Positions 63,370 through 64,000 of a DNA stretch of 64,000 nt are shown one piece after another. Source of the DNA: Mobula hypostoma (lineage: Eukaryota); NCBI RefSeq assembly GCF_963921235.1, contig NC_086108.1, forward strand, positions 99,636,001 to 99,700,000, written 5' to 3'. The notes beneath the pieces were generated by a model. That model did no database searches. It saw nothing but the letters and a program-made list of their open reading frames with translations, and had not been told where the DNA came from. The translations under genes and the position numbers were made by a program. Each line of letters begins with the position of its first letter. Position 1 is the first letter of the stretch.

Positions 63370-64000
63370 TGACTTATGGACAAAATCTGTTATCTGTCAA
63401 GTAGGGGACCATGCACAATTCTGATTTGATGGAGATGGACATGAGAGCATGGAGGAACATAGGGAAAATTTCTGAAATGCCCGTTTCGCTGCTGCTGCTA
63501 CTGTGTGGTAACCGGAATCTCCGGAGTTGAAGGCCTCGAAATCCTTGGCTTTGGGTGTTTCAGCGGCCAGGGAGAGGTTGAAGGCACTCGGCAGAGGATG
63601 GCGCATGGAAGGCTGTATCGGAAGGCTGGTCGGAAGCTCAGAGTTTTTGGACGGGTGGACTCAGTGTCGGCTGTGGTCGGATACTTTCAAGGTATCGGCA
63701 AGTTGACGGTACCTAGAGGTTTATCGCAGGGAGTTTCTCCCTTTTGCCGCCTGCTATCGGGGACTCAGCAGCTGATCGACTTGGGACCTTGAGACTTTTT
63801 TTTACTGTGCCTATGATCTGTTCTTCATCAAATTATGGTATTGTTTTGCACTGCTGTAACTATATGTTATAATTATGTGGTTCTGTCAGTGTTAGTCTTT
63901 GGTCTGTCCTGTTTTCTGTGATATCACTCTGGAGAAACATTGTGTCATTTCTTAATGCATGTATGCTTTTCTAAATGACAATAAAAGAGGACTGAGTGTT
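63370..64000 (+). mobile_element. CpG-rich non-coding retroposon with a Rex1-like 3' tail
   Basis: 3' end CTGGAGAAACATTGTGTCATTT..AAATGACAATAAAA resembles the tail at about 3195-3290; the body is CpG-rich relative to the window. Confidence 0.45.

Noticed and set aside
1..64000. CRISPR arrays, operons, stand-alone tRNA or rRNA genes
   Set aside because: No regularly spaced repeat-spacer array; the sequence is eukaryotic; tRNA-like A/B boxes occur only as SINE heads

Overview
This is a eukaryotic, repeat-saturated 64 kb window. It is most likely intronic or intergenic DNA of a cartilaginous fish (ray or shark), inferred from V-domain HE1-type SINEs together with dense CR1, Rex1/Babar and Penelope-like repeats. 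No host protein-coding gene could be identified, and every protein I recognise in the ORF track is transposon-derived. The window holds many 5'-truncated CR1 LINEs (one near-intact ORF2 at 11.1-14.3 kb) and one full-length decayed CR1 at 58.2-62.7 kb with a zinc-finger/leucine-zipper/esterase ORF1. It also holds Rex1/Babar LINEs, Penelope-like elements (PLE; RT plus GIY-YIG), RTE and R4/Dong remnants, two solo LTRs, a Tc1 remnant, hAT and Tc1/mariner MITEs with clear TSDs, and several SINE families. The most interesting signals are: (1) a minimal type-I hammerhead ribozyme motif in the PLE terminal repeat, present in about ten variably decayed copies including tandem and ~200-bp fold-back arrangements; (2) an inverted internal RT fragment that replaces part of the full-length CR1 ORF1 at a microhomology; (3) a 43-bp locally templated inverted duplication at that CR1's 5' junction; (4) a hAT MITE carrying a LINE fragment; (5) a CpG-rich RTE-type non-autonomous element that resembles marsupial RTE-derived repeats from memory; and (6) a few weak candidate micro-exons. 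Repeat boundaries without a stated TSD are approximate, to within tens of bp.
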